Below are positions 60,678-64,000 of a stretch of 64,000 nucleotides of DNA, in pieces. The DNA is from Flavobacteriales bacterium. GTDB taxonomy: Bacteria > Bacteroidota > Bacteroidia > CAIKAF01. Numbering within the stretch: position 1 is the first letter of the stretch; each line of letters starts with the position of its first letter. The notes beneath the pieces are model-generated. The model ran no database searches. It saw nothing but the letters and a program-made list of their open reading frames with translations, and had not been told where the DNA came from. The position numbers and the translations under genes were made by a program. The stretch is from assembly GCA_052437175.1 (NCBI GenBank), contig JBQVOK010000006.1:75066-139065 (forward strand). The letters run 5' to 3'.

Positions 60678-61736
60678 TTAGTTCACTTTGGCTTTGGGCT
60701 TAGGCAGTAAACCGGCCCGGATCATGTCTTCGGCGGCTTTTTTTGCCTTTTTTTCTTCTTTTTTACGCTTTTTCTCGATGTTTTCGAGGCGTTTTTTAAT
60801 GGTATTCACCGCTGTTTTGAATACGGGGAATACCTTGCGGGCCGTTTCGTTGTTCTCGTCGAGCAGGGGATTGATCTCCGTGATCTCGAAGCACACCAGG
60901 CGGGGATCCTTGCAGAGGCCTTCCAGCAGTTTGGTCACTTCGCGCAGGCTGAAGCCGGCCGTTACCGGTGTGCCCGTTCCGCGGATGATGCTGCTGTCGA
61001 TACTGTCCACATCAAAAGAGATATACAGTACATCACAGTGGGCCAGGTAGGCCAGGGTCTCGTCCACAACGGCCTTTACCTTTTTGGAACGCAGTTCTTC
61101 CACCGCGATCGTTTTTACGTTATTGAGGCGGATGTACTCCGTTTCGGGTTCTTCCATATCGCGCACCCCGATGTACACCAGGTCCTGCGGCAGTATCTTG
61201 GGACTGATGCCGCCTACGTTCTTCAGGGTTTCCCAGTATTCGTGCGTGCGGTCATTGGCCAGGGTGTTCTGTGCCATGGGCAGGTTGTCGATACCCAGGG
61301 AGGCCGCCACAGGCATACCGTGTACGTTGCCTGAAGGCGTGGTAAAAGGCGAGTGCAGGTCGGCATGGGCGTCGATCCAGATCACCCCGACCCGTTTTTC
61401 GGGAAAGGCCATTTTAACGCCGGCGATCGATCCGCCACCGCTGGAATGGTCCCCGGAGATCACAACGGGGAAGTGTCCCAGTTCAATTTCATCGTGTACG
61501 GAACGGGCCAGCTTCTGAAAAACCTCTACAATACCGCGTATCCGCTTGGCATGTGTACGTATGGGGTCCTTAAAAAGCAGGCGGGAACTGTCCCGGATCT
61601 CTTTCCTTTTGAATTTTCCGAAGAAGTTGCTGCCGTATTCCAGCGAGGCGATCTTGAGCGCATCGGGACCCAGGCTGGCCCCGCGGGTACCTGCTCCGAG
61701 CTCTGATTTCACCTCTATCATTTTCATCTTTTTCAT
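60678..61736 (-). CDS. arginase-family ureohydrolase (arginase / agmatinase / formiminoglutamase) with a Lys-rich C-terminal tail
   Basis: Binuclear-Mn motifs 'GDHSSGGG', 'DAHADL', 'SFDVDSID'. The 40-aa C-terminal extension 'KKRLENIEKKRKKEEKKAKKAAE...PKPKAKVN' is unusual. It is divergently paired with an arginine decarboxylase gene. Confidence 0.75.
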   Translation of the reverse strand: MKKMKMIEVKSELGAGTRGASLGPDALKIASLEYGSNFFGKFKRKEIRDSSRLLFKDPIRTHAKRIRGIVEVFQKLARSVHDEIELGHFPVVISGDHSSGGGSIAGVKMAFPEKRVGVIWIDAHADLHSPFTTPSGNVHGMPVAASLGIDNLPMAQNTLANDRTHEYWETLKNVGGISPKILPQDLVYIGVRDMEEPETEYIRLNNVKTIAVEELRSKKVKAVVDETLAYLAHCDVLYISFDVDSIDSSIIRGTGTPVTAGFSLREVTKLLEGLCKDPRLVCFEITEINPLLDENNETARKVFPVFKTAVNTIKKRLENIEKKRKKEEKKAKKAAEDMIRAGLLPKPKAKVN

Positions 61737-61819
61737 AACCGTTTCTTACCTGCGTATGAACGCAACAATAATTTAACAAAAAAAATACCCTTATGTATTT
61801 CTCAGAAATGCAGGTTAAC

Positions 61820-61827
61820 TACATTTG
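61820..61827 (+). promoter_or_regulatory. Bacteroidota -7 promoter motif (TAnnTTTG) upstream of the arginine decarboxylase gene
   Basis: 'TACATTTG' lies 50 nt upstream of the ATG at 61878, in a 141-bp divergent intergenic region. Confidence 0.4.
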
Positions 61828-61877
61828 CACCAAAATAACATAAGCAGTACACTTACATTTCAGGTTTATTTAGCCAA

Positions 61878-63278
61878 ATGAAGAACAAATACCACAACCT
61901 CATTTCGCAAACATTTGATTTTCCGCAGGAAGGATTCAATGTAATCGATAACCAGCTGTATTTTCATGATATCCCTTTAATGGACATCATTAAACAGTAC
62001 GGAACTCCCCTGAAAATCTCCTATCTTCCAAAGATATCACAACAGATCCAAAAAGCCAAACGCTACTTCAAGGTGGCTATGGCAAAGGTTGATTACCAGG
62101 GAGATTACACCTATTGCTACTGTACCAAAAGCTCGCATTTCAGCTTTGTGCTGGAAGAGGCGCTCAAGAACGATATACATATAGAGACCTCTTCGGCCTA
62201 CGATATGGAGATCGTAAAAGAGCTGCACAACCGCGGACTGCTGAGCCGCGATAACTACATTGTGTGCAACGGATACAAGCGCGATCTCTACAAAGAATAC
62301 ATCTCCGATCTTATTAACGACGGATTCATCAATCTTATTCCGGTACTCGACAATAAGAACGAACTCGATTACTACGAGCAGCATATAGAAAAAAAGGCCA
62401 AGATCGGCATTCGTATTGCCAGTGAAGAGGAACCCAAGTTCGAATTCTATACCTCGCGCCTGGGTATCCGCTATAAGGATATTGTGCCCTTTTACCTGGA
62501 AAAGCTGAAGGGGAACGATAAATTCGAGGTGAAAATGCTGCACTTTTTCATCAACACCGGTATACGCGACACGGTTTACTACTGGAGTGAGTTATCCAAG
62601 TGTCTTAAAGTATACTGCGAACTGAAGAAAGTGTGTCCTTCGCTCGACTCACTGAATATCGGCGGCGGTCTGCCCATTAAGAATTCTATGAGCTACGAGT
62701 TTGACTACGAGTATATTATACAGGAGGTGGTAGCTCAGATCAAGGAATTCTGTAACAATAACGGGGTAGAAGAACCCAATATCTTTACCGAATTCGGCTC
62801 CTTTACCGTAGGCGAAAGCGGAGCGGCCCTGTATTCCATCCTCGACATCAAACAACAGAACGATACCGAGATCTGGTACATGATCGACAGTTCGTTCATT
62901 ACCACACTGCCGGATACCTGGGGCATAGGCCAGAAGTTCATTATGCTGGGCATTAATCACTGGGACAAGGAGTACCAGCGGGTGAACCTGGGCGGACTTA
63001 CCTGCGACAGCCAGGACTATTACAATTCCGAAGCACATATCTCGCAGGTGTTCCTGCCGAAAATAGAGATCACCCCGGACGAAGAGCCGCTGTACCTGGG
63101 CTTTTTCCATACGGGAGCCTACCAGGAGAGCATCGGCGGTTACGGCGGTACCCAGCACTGCCTGGTGCCCGCCCCCAAACACGTGATCATAAACCGCGAC
63201 GAGGACGGCGAATACTATACCAGCATTTTCTCAAAGGAGCAAAGCTGGAAAAGTATGCTGAAGATCCTGGGATACTGA
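61878..63278 (+). CDS. speA: arginine decarboxylase, short (~466 aa) fold-type-III PLP form (SpeA-like)
   Basis: Orn/DAP/Arg decarboxylase TIM-barrel architecture with a C-terminal 'GGYGGTQHCLVP' region. The DNA over roughly 61878-62990 is conspicuously AT-rich compared with its neighbours. Confidence 0.7.
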   Translation: MKNKYHNLISQTFDFPQEGFNVIDNQLYFHDIPLMDIIKQYGTPLKISYLPKISQQIQKAKRYFKVAMAKVDYQGDYTYCYCTKSSHFSFVLEEALKNDIHIETSSAYDMEIVKELHNRGLLSRDNYIVCNGYKRDLYKEYISDLINDGFINLIPVLDNKNELDYYEQHIEKKAKIGIRIASEEEPKFEFYTSRLGIRYKDIVPFYLEKLKGNDKFEVKMLHFFINTGIRDTVYYWSELSKCLKVYCELKKVCPSLDSLNIGGGLPIKNSMSYEFDYEYIIQEVVAQIKEFCNNNGVEEPNIFTEFGSFTVGESGAALYSILDIKQQNDTEIWYMIDSSFITTLPDTWGIGQKFIMLGINHWDKEYQRVNLGGLTCDSQDYYNSEAHISQVFLPKIEITPDEEPLYLGFFHTGAYQESIGGYGGTQHCLVPAPKHVIINRDEDGEYYTSIFSKEQSWKSMLKILGY

Positions 63279-64000
63279 TCAGTACAACACGTTGTAACGC
63301 ATTTTGGCCTCCGGGCGGCCCATGGCATTGTAGTGCCACCATTCAAAGGGCTGCTGCCGGAAACCCGCCCCCAGCATTACCTTACGCAGTAACAGGCGAT
63401 TATTTACCTGCTCCTGTGTAAGTATGCCCTGCATCAGCAGTGTTTTTTCCATGTAGGGATAGGCCTCGGGCCCGAAATGATCGAAGGCGGTACCCATGTC
63501 CAGCAGTTTGCCCGAGGTATCGGCCAGGGCTATATCTACAGCCGCCCCGTAATTGTGCACCGAATGGTTTTTAGGATTGGAGAGGTAACGGCCGCGCTCG
63601 TTCAGCGAAATATAGCCTAAGGCTTTCCACATGCGTTCCTGCACGGAAACGGGACGGGCACAGTCGTAAAAAACGAAACGCAGTTCCGGGTTTTCTTTTT
63701 TGAGCAGGGAATCGGCCACACGTAGTTTGTCCGTTACTACAGGCAGCAGGTGACAGGCGCAGTAGGGGCCGTATACATCGGTTGCGGTGAAATTAAGCGT
63801 ATCGGAGTACTTTATATCGATGCCGGCATCGGGAACCGCGTCAAGTACATTCACCAGTCCGTGTTTTTCGAAGCTACCGTCGGCCCGGCGGGTCTCTTCT
63901 ACCTGCTTCAGTGCCTGCTTCAGCGCTTTAAACTGCGCCGGACCGGCATAGGGAGAGGGAGGCTGGCTCAGCAATGCACTTATATATGCCTGTATAAATA
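63279..64000 (-). CDS. M15-family D-alanyl-D-alanine dipeptidase (VanX/DdpX-like), 5' end beyond the window
   Basis: 'SVHNYGAAVDIAL' zinc-ligand motif and 'RFVFYDCARP'. The listed TTG start at 63974 is internal: the frame stays open to the window edge. Confidence 0.7.
   Translation of the reverse strand, partial: FIQAYISALLSQPPSPYAGPAQFKALKQALKQVEETRRADGSFEKHGLVNVLDAVPDAGIDIKYSDTLNFTATDVYGPYCACHLLPVVTDKLRVADSLLKKENPELRFVFYDCARPVSVQERMWKALGYISLNERGRYLSNPKNHSVHNYGAAVDIALADTSGKLLDMGTAFDHFGPEAYPYMEKTLLMQGILTQEQVNNRLLLRKVMLGAGFRQQPFEWWHYNAMGRPEAKMRYNVLY

Overview
This 64-kb window is a chromosomal segment from a Bacteroidota genome, probably Chitinophagaceae-like. I base that on four T9SS C-terminal sorting domains (types A and B), a DUF4835-coaBC-rpoZ-bamD cluster, TAnnTTTG-type -7 promoter motifs, and roughly 50-58% GC judged by eye. 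The organism call is inference. Coding density is high, and I call about 50 protein genes.

Gene content, in order along the window:
- The 3' part of an IcmF-like fused isobutyryl-CoA mutase (N-terminus upstream of the window).
- A T9SS-secreted Kelch-repeat protein.
- A heavy-metal RND efflux operon in which the CzcA-type pump and the TolC/CzcC-like outer-membrane factor are one 1432-aa ORF, followed by the membrane fusion protein.
- A 1318-aa T9SS type-B cargo with SBBP repeats and four tandem ~77-aa repeats, and two further T9SS type-A cargos.
- A Rieske non-heme iron oxygenase overlapping an FAD amine-oxidase-like oxidoreductase.
- Housekeeping genes: guaB, three parvulin-type PPIase/chaperone genes, a MoxR ATPase, dapF, coaBC, rpoZ, bamD, mscL, lpdA, asnB, leuS, nadE, anmK and an acyl-CoA dehydrogenase.
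- A putative SnoaL-like / PLP fold-III / FAD-lactone-oxidase operon of unknown function.
- A serine-palmitoyltransferase-like alpha-oxoamine synthase.
- A partial exopolysaccharide locus (GT4, Wza, Wzc, RfbC, WecA-like, lytic transglycosylase).
- Tryptophan 2,3-dioxygenase, a fasciclin protein and a stand-alone Sfp-type PPTase.
- A divergent arginase-family / arginine-decarboxylase pair, with the decarboxylase gene conspicuously AT-rich.
- A partial M15 D-Ala-D-Ala dipeptidase at the window edge.

I also mark several rho-independent terminators, including bidirectional ones between convergent genes, and three TAnnTTTG promoter motifs. I could not identify any rRNA, tRNA, CRISPR array, integrase, transposase or obvious prophage gene. 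Most long antisense ORFs in the six-frame track are shadow ORFs of GC-rich genes.
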